From Candidatus Aegiribacteria sp. (GTDB lineage Bacteria > Fermentibacterota > Fermentibacteria > Fermentibacterales > JCC-6): DNA of 15,784 nt. How positions within the stretch are numbered: position 1 is the first letter of the stretch; each line of letters opens with the position of its first letter. Shown piece after piece: positions 7,594 to 15,784 of the stretch. The notes beneath the pieces are model-generated. The model was given only the letters and a program-made list of their open reading frames with translations, made no database searches and was not told the DNA's origin. The position numbers and the translations under genes are program-made. The stretch covers positions 1-15,784 of the forward strand of contig JAWOBF010000126.1 in NCBI GenBank assembly GCA_046498225.1, read 5' to 3'.

Positions 7594-8212
7594 CCTGGAA
7601 CCGGAGTACAGCTCCGGCGGCAGGGCCGTTTTAGAACTTCCCGGCGCGGAGTTCCATGTCACAGGCATCGCGGGGCCTTCCCGGGGAGAGCTGGACAACG
7701 TCGTGTTCCTCAACCAGGTCCACGGGACCTCTATCCTGCAGGACCCGGAGGGGAGCGAGGAGGGCGACGGGATGATACTCACCCGCAGTGGAAGGTATCC
7801 CGGTATCAGGACCGCCGACTGTCTTCCGGTGTTCTTCTGGTCCCGCACCTTCGCGGCGGCCCTTCACGCTGGATGGAGAGGGATAGAGGGAGGCATAGCC
7901 GGCAGGATGCTGAGGAGGCTTCCCCGGACTCCGGATTTCATTCTGCTTGGGAACTGCATCTGCCGGAACTGCTATACCGTGGGAGAGGACGTGAGGATTC
8001 GGGTGGCCGGAGCGTCCCGCGCTCCAGGGCATCCACAGGGCCGGATCGATCTGAAGCTGGCCCTCCTTGATCAGCTGGAGGAAGCGGGGCTTCCGCCGGA
8101 CACCGCGGTCTTCAATATGCCGGAATGCACCTGCTGCGGCGCGGCCATGTTCCATTCCTACAGACGGGACGGAACGGAAAAGAGGAATCTGCAGTGGCTG
8201 GCCGTGGAATGA
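7586..8212 (+). CDS. pgeF: PgeF/YfiH (laccase-domain / polyphenol oxidase-like, purine nucleoside phosphorylase) family protein; start uncertain
   Basis: Motifs QVHG, TADCLPV, HAGWRG, CTCC and SYRR. In-frame ATGs occur at 7565, 7571, 7574, 7580 and 7586, overlapping the helicase 3' end. Confidence 0.8.
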   Translation: MTDLEPEYSSGGRAVLELPGAEFHVTGIAGPSRGELDNVVFLNQVHGTSILQDPEGSEEGDGMILTRSGRYPGIRTADCLPVFFWSRTFAAALHAGWRGIEGGIAGRMLRRLPRTPDFILLGNCICRNCYTVGEDVRIRVAGASRAPGHPQGRIDLKLALLDQLEEAGLPPDTAVFNMPECTCCGAAMFHSYRRDGTEKRNLQWLAVE

Positions 8213-8320
8213 CGGCGGGTTCTTGCCCGGGCCGGACGATGGTGCAATATTTGCATACTACAGAAGGATCGGGGTCAGATGATTCCCTTGCTCAATCCGA
8301 TATAGATGGAGGATATTATG

Positions 8321-9883
8321 ATGAAGTTCCTGACAGCTTCCGCGTTCCTTATGATCCTGGCGTGCGGGACCGCTGTTGCCCAGGGCGACAGTGACGCCAC
8401 CAGGATAGGCGTAGTGCCATTCGGCTACTCCAATTCCGACGCGCGGTGGATAAGCGGAAAGATATACGATAACCTGGAGGATATCTTCGAATCCGATCCC
8501 GAGTATGTCATGATGTCCGAGGATGATCTGGAAAACGCTTTCGAGGACCAGGGCTTCAACTGCTCCGACTTCCGATACGGTGTTCCCCCGGATTTCGTGG
8601 TGAACGCCGGCCTGGCTCTGGAAACCGACATGATGCTTTACGGCAGCGTATCCCAGTCGGGTGACGAGTTCCAGGTATTCTGGAACGTAGCTATTCCCGC
8701 CTCTGGCAACACCATCAACGCCGATCCCTATATGGTCCCGAAGAACTCCGACCCTGTGAGGGACATGTCCCGTGAAATGGTGGACCAGATAGAGGAACTG
8801 GTTGTGGGCAGGGTGCAGCAGGCGCTGGACCAGGCCGCTTTCAGCGTTCAGATGGACAACTGGACCATGGCTATAATGTTCCTGAAACAGGCTCTCGCGG
8901 TGGATCCCACACTTCTAGAGGCCCGGTTCCAGCTGGCGGAAGTGTACCTGGAGGAAGAGGTGGATTCGGTAGACAAGGCGCTGGAGATCTACGAGGATAT
9001 CATCGCCGGGCAGCCTGACAACGCCGATGCCCTCACCGGAATGGGACAGGTCCTGCTCGCCCGAGGCGACGCGGCATCCGCCAGGACATACTTCGAGGAC
9101 GCGGTGAACATAGACCCGGAGAACGCCAGCGCTTACCTGGGCCTTGCCGAGGCCTACCAGGAGCTGGGAGAGCTGGACCAGGCCATCGCAAGCTTCGAGG
9201 ACGCTCTGGAGAGGAATCCGGGCAGCACTTCCATCATGTTCCCCCTCTCTCTCCTTTATTACCAGACCGAGGAGTATGCCAAAGCGATTCCCTACATGGA
9301 GGATATCCTGGACAGGAATCCGGGCATGCATGGTATCAGGCAGCGGCTGATACAGTCCTACGTGAGGACCGGCGACTACGGAAAGGCGGCGGACCACGCC
9401 GTAACCTACCTGGAGGCCGATCCCGGCAACGCGCAGAGAATACTCTATACGGCGCAGGTGGAATCATGGGCCGGGAGAACTTCAAGTGCCGTCAACAGGC
9501 TGGAATCGCTCATTTCCAGCACCGGCAGCAGGGAGGCCTACATTCTCCTGGCTTCCATATACCGCGACAGCGGGCAGCGGAGCGCCATGCAGAACGTGTT
9601 CAACCGTCTCAGCAACGCCTATCCCAACGATCCGCTGGCCAACTACATGGTGGGAGCTTTCTACTACCAGAGCGGCTCCAGCAAGGCCAGGATACAGGAG
9701 CTGGTCCCGGAGAACATTCCCGCCTGGCAGACCGCCATATCCGAGCTGAACACCGCTATATCGTATCTCTCCCAGGTGACCGGATTCAGGGCGGGCAGCG
9801 CCCAGACCATGATAAACGCGGCGCACAACTCGATAGCTCTGTGCGAGGAAAAGATAGACAGGGTGGAGCGCTACAGCCAGTAA
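8321..9883 (+). CDS. Exported tetratricopeptide-repeat protein
   Basis: GGAGGA RBS at 8308-8313. Signal peptide MKFLTASAFLMILACGTAVA|Q, an N-terminal alpha/beta domain (RIGVVPF...) and several TPR units (e.g. ARTYFEDAVNIDPENASAYLGLAEAYQELGELDQAIASFEDALERNP). Confidence 0.85.
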   Translation: MKFLTASAFLMILACGTAVAQGDSDATRIGVVPFGYSNSDARWISGKIYDNLEDIFESDPEYVMMSEDDLENAFEDQGFNCSDFRYGVPPDFVVNAGLALETDMMLYGSVSQSGDEFQVFWNVAIPASGNTINADPYMVPKNSDPVRDMSREMVDQIEELVVGRVQQALDQAAFSVQMDNWTMAIMFLKQALAVDPTLLEARFQLAEVYLEEEVDSVDKALEIYEDIIAGQPDNADALTGMGQVLLARGDAASARTYFEDAVNIDPENASAYLGLAEAYQELGELDQAIASFEDALERNPGSTSIMFPLSLLYYQTEEYAKAIPYMEDILDRNPGMHGIRQRLIQSYVRTGDYGKAADHAVTYLEADPGNAQRILYTAQVESWAGRTSSAVNRLESLISSTGSREAYILLASIYRDSGQRSAMQNVFNRLSNAYPNDPLANYMVGAFYYQSGSSKARIQELVPENIPAWQTAISELNTAISYLSQVTGFRAGSAQTMINAAHNSIALCEEKIDRVERYSQ

Positions 9884-9898
9884 TACTCCACTTGTCAG

Positions 9899-9941
9899 GA
9901 GAAAGAGGCCCCGCCGGTGGACTGACGTTCCCGGCGGGGCC
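9899..9941. terminator. Hairpin between convergent genes, probably a (bidirectional) terminator
   Basis: GGCCCCGCCGG (9907-9917) pairs with CCGGCGGGGCC (9931-9941), an 11-bp perfect stem. On the - strand it is followed by TCTTTCTC. Confidence 0.65.
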
Positions 9942-9973
9942 GTGTATCTGGCAGGCCTCTTCTGCGGAGATGC

Positions 9974-11545
9974 CTAGGATACAACCATTCCTTCTTCCAT
10001 CATTGATAATTCCTCCATTATGCCGACGATGTCCGGGTCGAAGATCAGCCCGGCTCTCCTCTTGAGTTCCAGGACTGAGGCGCTCACCGGCTGGTTCGAA
10101 ACGCCGGCCACGTAGCTGCTTGCCACCGCCAGGATCCTGGAGATCAGGGGTATAGCGTCCCCTGAAAGTCCTTCCGGCCTGCCTGAACCATCGTAATTCT
10201 CCGTCATGTGACGAATTCCCCTAACAACTTCCGGCGGAAGCTGGAACTGGTTCCGGGACGGGTCGGAGGAGAAAACCTCCTGCCAGTCCTCCTCGGCCTT
10301 TTCCAGCATGGCAGCTGTCAGGTGGAGCATGGCGGACATCTCCAGGTCCTCCAGCTGGCTTCCGGACATTCCCAGCTTCGATCCTATCCTTACGGCGATA
10401 TCCGCCACCACGCGGCTGTAACCGGTCTGCCTGCTGTCGGACTTGTCCAGGGAGTAGACCATGGCCTCGAGACATTTCCAGCCGCTTCTGAAAACGCTGT
10501 TCCTCAGTTCCAGGTTCTTAAGCACCGTTTCGGTCTGAAGTATGAATATTTCCACCCTGTCCCTGTCCAGCGTCGTCCTTGCGCTGGGCCATATCTCCAG
10601 TGCCAGACCCTCCTCTCCCCGTCGCCTGAGGCCTGATCTGCTCCCCGGGTCGAAGCCCGTAGGGCAGGTGAAGGAGATGTTCTTCCAGGTTACTCTCACC
10701 GCTTCGGGCTCCGCCGCCTCGTACCAGAACCGGGCGAGCACCCTCAATGCCTCCATCGATGTGTCAAGGCCTGTGAGTATCTCAGAATGTTTTCCCAGCT
10801 CGTTCTCCAGGAACCTGGTCCTGGAATGGGAGAAACGGGCCCTGTCCAGGAGCAGTGAAAGGCCCGTCTGTATAAGCACAACGGTGACTACTCCGGCTGT
10901 GAGGTCCCATTCCCAGATGCCGGATGAGGGTACTCTGGTCTGAACGGCGGCTGGAAGAAGGAACAGAACGAAGAAGGCCGGGTAGACAGCGGACCTGACA
11001 TACCTGCGGAAGAAAGGGCCGATGTCCCGTATTGCCCTGAATTCGATGATTATGTGGAGCGTCTGGTTAAGGAATACCGATACCATGACCGCCCCCGTCA
11101 GGGCGGCGGCCGTGGAGTAATCGCTGGAAAGAATGTCATCACGGAAGTTCTGAATACCCCAGGTGGTAAGTCTCAGGGAGAGAAGGGTGACCAGCATGAA
11201 CCTGGTGCTGCTGGGGACGATCTCCCTCGATTTCTCGCCTATCCTGAGTGTATAGACCACCATTCCCAGGAATACCGCCAGCATGAAACCGGTCTCATGA
11301 AGGACCGTATAGCCTGTAACCGCCAGATATCCCTGGAATATGGGGAACAGGGTCAGAGGATACCCGATGGTCCTGAAGCTCTGCATGGATATGGTGTACA
11401 TGAGACCCACCCAGAGGCACAGCAGCATGAATATCTCGTTCACCCCGGGATGAGGCTGATGGGTGACAGGGACCCAGAGGATCAGAAGTATCATCACCGC
11501 TCCGGTGAAAAGGGTCAGACGGGAGCTGCTGGCCTCGATGTTCAT
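9974..11545 (-). CDS. Membrane-bound HD-GYP-like protein with degenerate active site
   Basis: About 7-8 N-terminal TM segments. The C-terminal HD-GYP fold is recognisable (ENYDGSGRPEGLSGDAIPLISRILAVA, FDPDIV) but the metal ligands are replaced (LHLTAA instead of LHDIGK). Confidence 0.8.
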   Translation of the reverse strand: MNIEASSSRLTLFTGAVMILLILWVPVTHQPHPGVNEIFMLLCLWVGLMYTISMQSFRTIGYPLTLFPIFQGYLAVTGYTVLHETGFMLAVFLGMVVYTLRIGEKSREIVPSSTRFMLVTLLSLRLTTWGIQNFRDDILSSDYSTAAALTGAVMVSVFLNQTLHIIIEFRAIRDIGPFFRRYVRSAVYPAFFVLFLLPAAVQTRVPSSGIWEWDLTAGVVTVVLIQTGLSLLLDRARFSHSRTRFLENELGKHSEILTGLDTSMEALRVLARFWYEAAEPEAVRVTWKNISFTCPTGFDPGSRSGLRRRGEEGLALEIWPSARTTLDRDRVEIFILQTETVLKNLELRNSVFRSGWKCLEAMVYSLDKSDSRQTGYSRVVADIAVRIGSKLGMSGSQLEDLEMSAMLHLTAAMLEKAEEDWQEVFSSDPSRNQFQLPPEVVRGIRHMTENYDGSGRPEGLSGDAIPLISRILAVASSYVAGVSNQPVSASVLELKRRAGLIFDPDIVGIMEELSMMEEGMVVS

Positions 11546-13158
11546 GCCATCTCCTCGAATCCCCGGCCGATAACCTGTTCCAGCGCCTCAACTATCCTGG
11601 CGTCGAACTTGTCTCCACTCTCGGCCCTTATGGATTCCAGGGCCTCGTCCGGGCCGGAGACCGAGTGGTACGACCTGTCACTGGTAATGGCGTCGAAGGT
11701 GTCGGCAACGGCTACGATCCTGGCCATGAAAGGGATATCCGGGCCGCTGAGACCTTCCGGATAGCCCCTGCCGTCAAGCCTTTCATGATGGCTGAGTATT
11801 ATCCTGGACACCTCCTCGTAACCGGAAAGACCTGAAACTATTCGCGACCCCTCCAGAGGATGCGCCTCCACTATCTCCCTCTCACTCCGGGTGAGCAGCC
11901 CCCTTTTGGTCAGTATGGACGCGGGGATCGCCAGTTTGCCGATATCGTGGAGGATAGATGCGACCCTGAGGGTCTGAAGTTTGCCCGGGGACAGACCCAG
12001 ATGCCGACCCAGAGCGCAGGACAGGCTGGCGACCCGGAGAGAATGGCCATGAGTATAATTGTCCTTGGCGTCGGCGAGCCTGGCCAGCATCACCGCGGCC
12101 GCGAGAAAGGACCTCCTGGATCTAACCGAATGCCCCACGGCTTCCCAGGTGTGCTCCAGGAGCAGGACCAGGTTCTCCAGCAGGCTGGAAGGCATTTCGC
12201 CGAGTACGTCTTTTTCCGGCCCGGTGAGAAGAAGCGCCAGGTCCCCCTTGTCGGACAGGCCGAGAGAGGTTCCCCTGTAGTCCCCTGCCACGAGATCGCC
12301 GGAGAGTTCACCCTTTCCTGGTATTGCACCCTTCACTTCCGTCCCGGAGAGAGCGATGTGGGAGGTCCTGGTCCAGAGAATCCACTCGTCCTCCTCACCG
12401 GTCCTGGTGAGGATCATGACGTCGCTTTCACCCTTTCGGAAGAGGTCCTTCCTGAGAATATCCAGGAAGGCGCCGTAGGATGAGGATTCCATCAGGCTCG
12501 TAGCCAGTCTGTCCTGCTGGCTTATCCTGCTGATCCTCTCCGTGTTCCACTCGTGTTTCCTGTTGATGGACCGGCCTATGAAGGAAAAACCGGTGAAGAC
12601 CAGGAGAACCAGCGCGGTTCCCAGCGGGCCTGACCGCGTTACCATTATCACAGCCATGAGCGCCATGGAAAGAGTGGCCGCGTAGGTTATCATCAGCCTG
12701 CCGGAAAAGGTGCCCAGATCGCCTCCCTCCCTGGAGCAGATAACGTTCATCGTGAGTTCCAGGACCAGGAGGAAGGGCAGGGTAAGAAGCACGGCCAGCT
12801 GGTGGGGGATCTCCGGCCGGTAGCTCATGATGAGGTCGGGACCGAGGAACAGTACGGCCAGCCCAAGCAGACCGCCCAGCAGGAATCTCCAGAACCTCCC
12901 GATGGAAAATGCTTTTCGCAGTCCCGCGCCCAGCAGCACGGAGGCCAGTGTGAATATGGCTGCCGGCTCCCGCGGCCACAGAAGGAACATGGCGAAGATG
13001 AATATCCGGTTGAGGGAAAACTCGAAGTACCGTGTGGACAGGAAGGGGAATCCGCCGGTCACGGCACCTCCCGCGGCCAGCATCGACAGGAGAACCGGGT
13101 CCGGGGCGGAAGACAAAACCGCCTCCGAACCGCCAGCAGAGAGGAAATCAGTTATCAT
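11542..13158 (-). CDS. Membrane-bound HD-GYP domain cyclic dinucleotide phosphodiesterase
   Basis: About 6 N-terminal TM segments. Intact motifs KDNYTHGHSLRV, LHDIGK, HPLEG, HHERLDGRGYPEGL and VADTFDA. ATGA overlaps at both ends. Confidence 0.92.
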   Translation of the reverse strand: MITDFLSAGGSEAVLSSAPDPVLLSMLAAGGAVTGGFPFLSTRYFEFSLNRIFIFAMFLLWPREPAAIFTLASVLLGAGLRKAFSIGRFWRFLLGGLLGLAVLFLGPDLIMSYRPEIPHQLAVLLTLPFLLVLELTMNVICSREGGDLGTFSGRLMITYAATLSMALMAVIMVTRSGPLGTALVLLVFTGFSFIGRSINRKHEWNTERISRISQQDRLATSLMESSSYGAFLDILRKDLFRKGESDVMILTRTGEEDEWILWTRTSHIALSGTEVKGAIPGKGELSGDLVAGDYRGTSLGLSDKGDLALLLTGPEKDVLGEMPSSLLENLVLLLEHTWEAVGHSVRSRRSFLAAAVMLARLADAKDNYTHGHSLRVASLSCALGRHLGLSPGKLQTLRVASILHDIGKLAIPASILTKRGLLTRSEREIVEAHPLEGSRIVSGLSGYEEVSRIILSHHERLDGRGYPEGLSGPDIPFMARIVAVADTFDAITSDRSYHSVSGPDEALESIRAESGDKFDARIVEALEQVIGRGFEEMA

Positions 13159-14195
13159 TCCTTATCGGTCCCGGAGGCGAACACCTGGACCAGGATCAGC
13201 TGCCACTGGTACTCCCGGCAGTCAACGGCGCCGGCCAGGCCTGCGCGGGAGTAATCCCCGGAGATGCATGTTCTGAGATGGAAAGGGCTTATGAGTATCA
13301 TGGACCACGCTTCCCGGTAACCCCTCCCCCTGCCGATGTTCTCTCCGTAACGCCTGACCCCGGGCGGAATTATCTGTTCAAGGCTGCCGGCCTCCAGGTC
13401 TATATGGTTGAACACGCCGGAGAAGGCAAGGTTCCCGGCCCTGATACCGGCGGCGCTGTCAAGTTCCTCGGTTCTCAGGAGCGGGGGTATTCCCATGCTT
13501 TCCCTGAGCTGGTTGAGCTCTGCCAGCACCATGGAGGGAGAGTCGGCCCGCGATTGAGGGGTCGGAATACTGCCGCTGAAAACGTCGGCGGCATCCCCAC
13601 CCGCTATAACCGGGAAAAGCAGCTCGATGACGGGGCCGGCGGCGGTCCCCTGCATTACCTCCACCCAGTATATACCCCTGTCCGGGACGGAGAATCCGAT
13701 TGCGCCCGAGCTGTCCGGCTGGAGTTCGATTATCTCCATGCGCGGCGTCAGCACGGCGACTTCCGGTTTCTTCAGCCTGCCGAACCCCTTGAGCCTGAAC
13801 GATACGCTGGTTCCGACGGGTACGCCCGGCGAAAGCCCCAGGGGGACACAGGAGGGAGGAGGAGCGGTGACAAGTACGATATCCCCGCCGCCGGACAACG
13901 GAGCGCTGCCGTAGCGGACCCGCCTGCCCGGGATGGTTTCCGGTACTCCGTCCACTTCCTCGGATTCGCCCGGAAGTACCCTGACCCCCGAGAGCGGCCC
14001 GAACCAGCCGCTGGAAGCCGCAAGGACAATCAGATTTCCTCCGGATGGTACGTATCCAAGAGCGGAAATGCCGCAGGCCAGACTGTCCAGGGCTTCCATG
14101 CGAACGGGGGTAGAGGAGGCCCGGATTCCTCCCGCAGCGGCGGAGGCCGCGAACAGGAGACCAATGCAGGCGAAACGAATACTCAGGGATTTCAT
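13155..14195 (-). CDS. Secreted CAP (SCP/PR-1-like) domain protein
   Basis: The ATG at 14195 gives a signal peptide (MKSLSIRFACIGLLFAASAAA). C-terminal CAP motifs are LNQLRESMGIPPL, LDSAAGIRA, FNH, GENIGRG and W...SPFH. The longer ORF-track start at 14315 overlaps the divergent gene. Confidence 0.82.
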   Translation of the reverse strand: MKSLSIRFACIGLLFAASAAAGGIRASSTPVRMEALDSLACGISALGYVPSGGNLIVLAASSGWFGPLSGVRVLPGESEEVDGVPETIPGRRVRYGSAPLSGGGDIVLVTAPPPSCVPLGLSPGVPVGTSVSFRLKGFGRLKKPEVAVLTPRMEIIELQPDSSGAIGFSVPDRGIYWVEVMQGTAAGPVIELLFPVIAGGDAADVFSGSIPTPQSRADSPSMVLAELNQLRESMGIPPLLRTEELDSAAGIRAGNLAFSGVFNHIDLEAGSLEQIIPPGVRRYGENIGRGRGYREAWSMILISPFHLRTCISGDYSRAGLAGAVDCREYQWQLILVQVFASGTDKE

Positions 14196-14241
14196 TATAC
14201 TTGAAAATAATCTTTGAGCGAGGAATGAAAAGAGGCGCGGT

Positions 14242-15489
14242 TTGAGGATATTGCTGGTCCAGTCACCCACCGGCAGGGAAGAGGCCCCCATATACCCCCT
14301 GGGTCTGGCCTTCATCGCCGGTCAGCTGAAGGGCCGTATTGTACGCGGCCTTGATCTCAGCCGGGAGAGGGATTACACCGGGGCCCTCAGAAGGGAGCTG
14401 GAGTCCTTCGCCCCGAACGTCACCGCAGTCTCTCTTCGGAACATCGATGACAGTTCATATCCAGTCACCTATTCCTACGTCGAGCCTTTCGCCGAAGTCA
14501 TGCAGGTGCTGAATGGCTGGGACGGAACGGTTGTTGCGGGAGGAACCGGTTTCTCCATATACCCTGAACGCGTCATGGAGCTTTTTCCCGGAATTGACTA
14601 TGGTGTTCCAGGGGAGGGGGAGGTTGTCTTCCCGCAGCTGATGGATCATCTGGAAAAGGGCTCTTCGGTGGATGGATGGGATGGCGGCCGGATACTGCCG
14701 TGGAAACGGTCCGACCTGAACGCCATCGAACCCCCGGATTACGGGATACTGGACCTGTCGAATTACCCTGTGCCGGACACCATAGGGGTCCAGAGCAGGC
14801 GGGGCTGCGCCTACAGCTGCACTTACTGCACCTACGGGTATCTCAGCGGGCCGGAATTCAGGACCAGGCCGGTGCAGCACGTTCTCAGGGACATAAGGCA
14901 GCTGGAGGAACTGGGAGCCTCCAGGTTCCAGTTCGTGGACTCGGTCTTCAACGCGCCTGAGGATTACTTCCTGAAGCTTCTGGCCGGCCTGGAGACAACC
15001 GGCACGAACCTTTCCTGGAGCGCCTGGGTGGACGAGAAGGTCACCGGTGAGCAGCTGGCCAGGATGAAGCAAGCCGGCGCGGTCAAGCTGGATTTCTCAC
15101 CGGATGCCATAACCGACAGGGGTCTGCGGATGCTCGGCAAGAGGGGAAGGGCGGAAGAGCTTCTTCCGGCGGTGCGGGCGGCCAGGAGTGCCGGCCTTCA
15201 GGTGGGTGTCAACTTCTTCAGCGGCAACCCGGGCGAGGGATTCTTCGCTCTGCTGCGCAAGCTGTTCTTCATGCTGAGGGCGAGGTTCACCCTGGGCTGG
15301 AGTGACACTTTCGTCAACATCGGCACAATAAGGGTCTACGCCCATTCCCCCATGGCCGGGCAGATGAAGAAGGAGGGAAGGGTTCCACCCGACTGTGATT
15401 TCTACAGGCCGGTATTCCACAGGGGTTCCGGCCCCGGCGACTGGCTTTACCGTTTCTATCAGAGGGTCCGGAGGCTGAGACATGGGTGA
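14242..15489 (+). CDS. B12-binding domain / radical SAM protein
   Basis: TTG start after AGAGG. N-terminal cobalamin-binding-type domain (YPLGLAFIA, VSLRNIDD, VAGGTGFS, GEGE), then SRRGCAYSCTYC (CxxxCxxC) and FVDSVFN. Confidence 0.9.
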   Translation: MRILLVQSPTGREEAPIYPLGLAFIAGQLKGRIVRGLDLSRERDYTGALRRELESFAPNVTAVSLRNIDDSSYPVTYSYVEPFAEVMQVLNGWDGTVVAGGTGFSIYPERVMELFPGIDYGVPGEGEVVFPQLMDHLEKGSSVDGWDGGRILPWKRSDLNAIEPPDYGILDLSNYPVPDTIGVQSRRGCAYSCTYCTYGYLSGPEFRTRPVQHVLRDIRQLEELGASRFQFVDSVFNAPEDYFLKLLAGLETTGTNLSWSAWVDEKVTGEQLARMKQAGAVKLDFSPDAITDRGLRMLGKRGRAEELLPAVRAARSAGLQVGVNFFSGNPGEGFFALLRKLFFMLRARFTLGWSDTFVNIGTIRVYAHSPMAGQMKKEGRVPPDCDFYRPVFHRGSGPGDWLYRFYQRVRRLRHG

Positions 15490-15784
15490 GACGACCGATA
15501 AATTCAAGCTGGGGCTGGTGGGATGGCCCCTGGAACGTACGCTCTCTCCCGCCATCCATGAGGAATTCTTTAGGAGTACGGGCCTGAGTGGTGAATACTC
15601 TGCTTTCCCGGTAAGGCCGGGAACACTGGAGAGTAGCCTGGCCGAACTCTTCAGCGGCGGTATCAGAGGTTTGAACGTGACCTTCCCCTACAAGATGGAG
15701 TCGGCCGGTCTGTGCGATGAACTGGAAGGGGACGCCCTCCGGCTGGGCGCTGTGAACACCCTGGAACACTCCGGCGGGGTCCTG
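15482..15784 (+). CDS. aroE: Shikimate dehydrogenase, 3'-partial (absent from the ORF track)
   Basis: Manual translation from ATG 15482 gives MGETTDKFKLGLVGWPLERTLSPAIHEEFF...GIRGLNVTFPYK...LGAVNTL, matching the AroE motifs GxP..SP.IH, NVT.P.K and AVNT. The frame is open to the window end and overlaps the radical SAM stop by 8 nt. Confidence 0.9.
   Translation, partial: MGETTDKFKLGLVGWPLERTLSPAIHEEFFRSTGLSGEYSAFPVRPGTLESSLAELFSGGIRGLNVTFPYKMESAGLCDELEGDALRLGAVNTLEHSGGVL

Noticed and set aside
8321..8400. Lipoprotein lipobox (ILAC) in the TPR protein
   Set aside because: Leu at position -2 fits the lipobox poorly, and AVA|Q is a better signal peptidase I site. Not fully excluded.
13032..14204. 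390-aa antisense ORF over the CAP gene (and similar shadows such as 5914-6969 and 11054-11764)
   Set aside because: These are antisense shadows of genes with clear family motifs and have no independent evidence.

Overview
GC-rich bacterial chromosomal segment made up mostly of housekeeping and cell-envelope genes. From left to right it holds: the 3' end of a secreted protein with a T9SS-type C-terminal sorting domain (probably a subtilase); a convergent GT-C-type membrane glycosyltransferase; a divergent tRNA cluster (Leu-CAA on -, Ile2-CAT and Val-CAC on +); a tightly packed + strand run of C4 zinc-ribbon protein, RNase P RNA (rnpB), recJ, a DinG/YoaA helicase and a PgeF/YfiH-like protein; an exported TPR protein; a translationally coupled - strand operon of a CAP-domain protein, an intact membrane HD-GYP protein and a degenerate membrane HD-GYP paralog; and a divergent B12-binding radical SAM gene coupled to aroE, which runs off the window. 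I found no mobile element, CRISPR array or defence system. The most interesting candidate is the CAP + active/pseudo HD-GYP signalling module; I cannot establish that it is novel without database searches.
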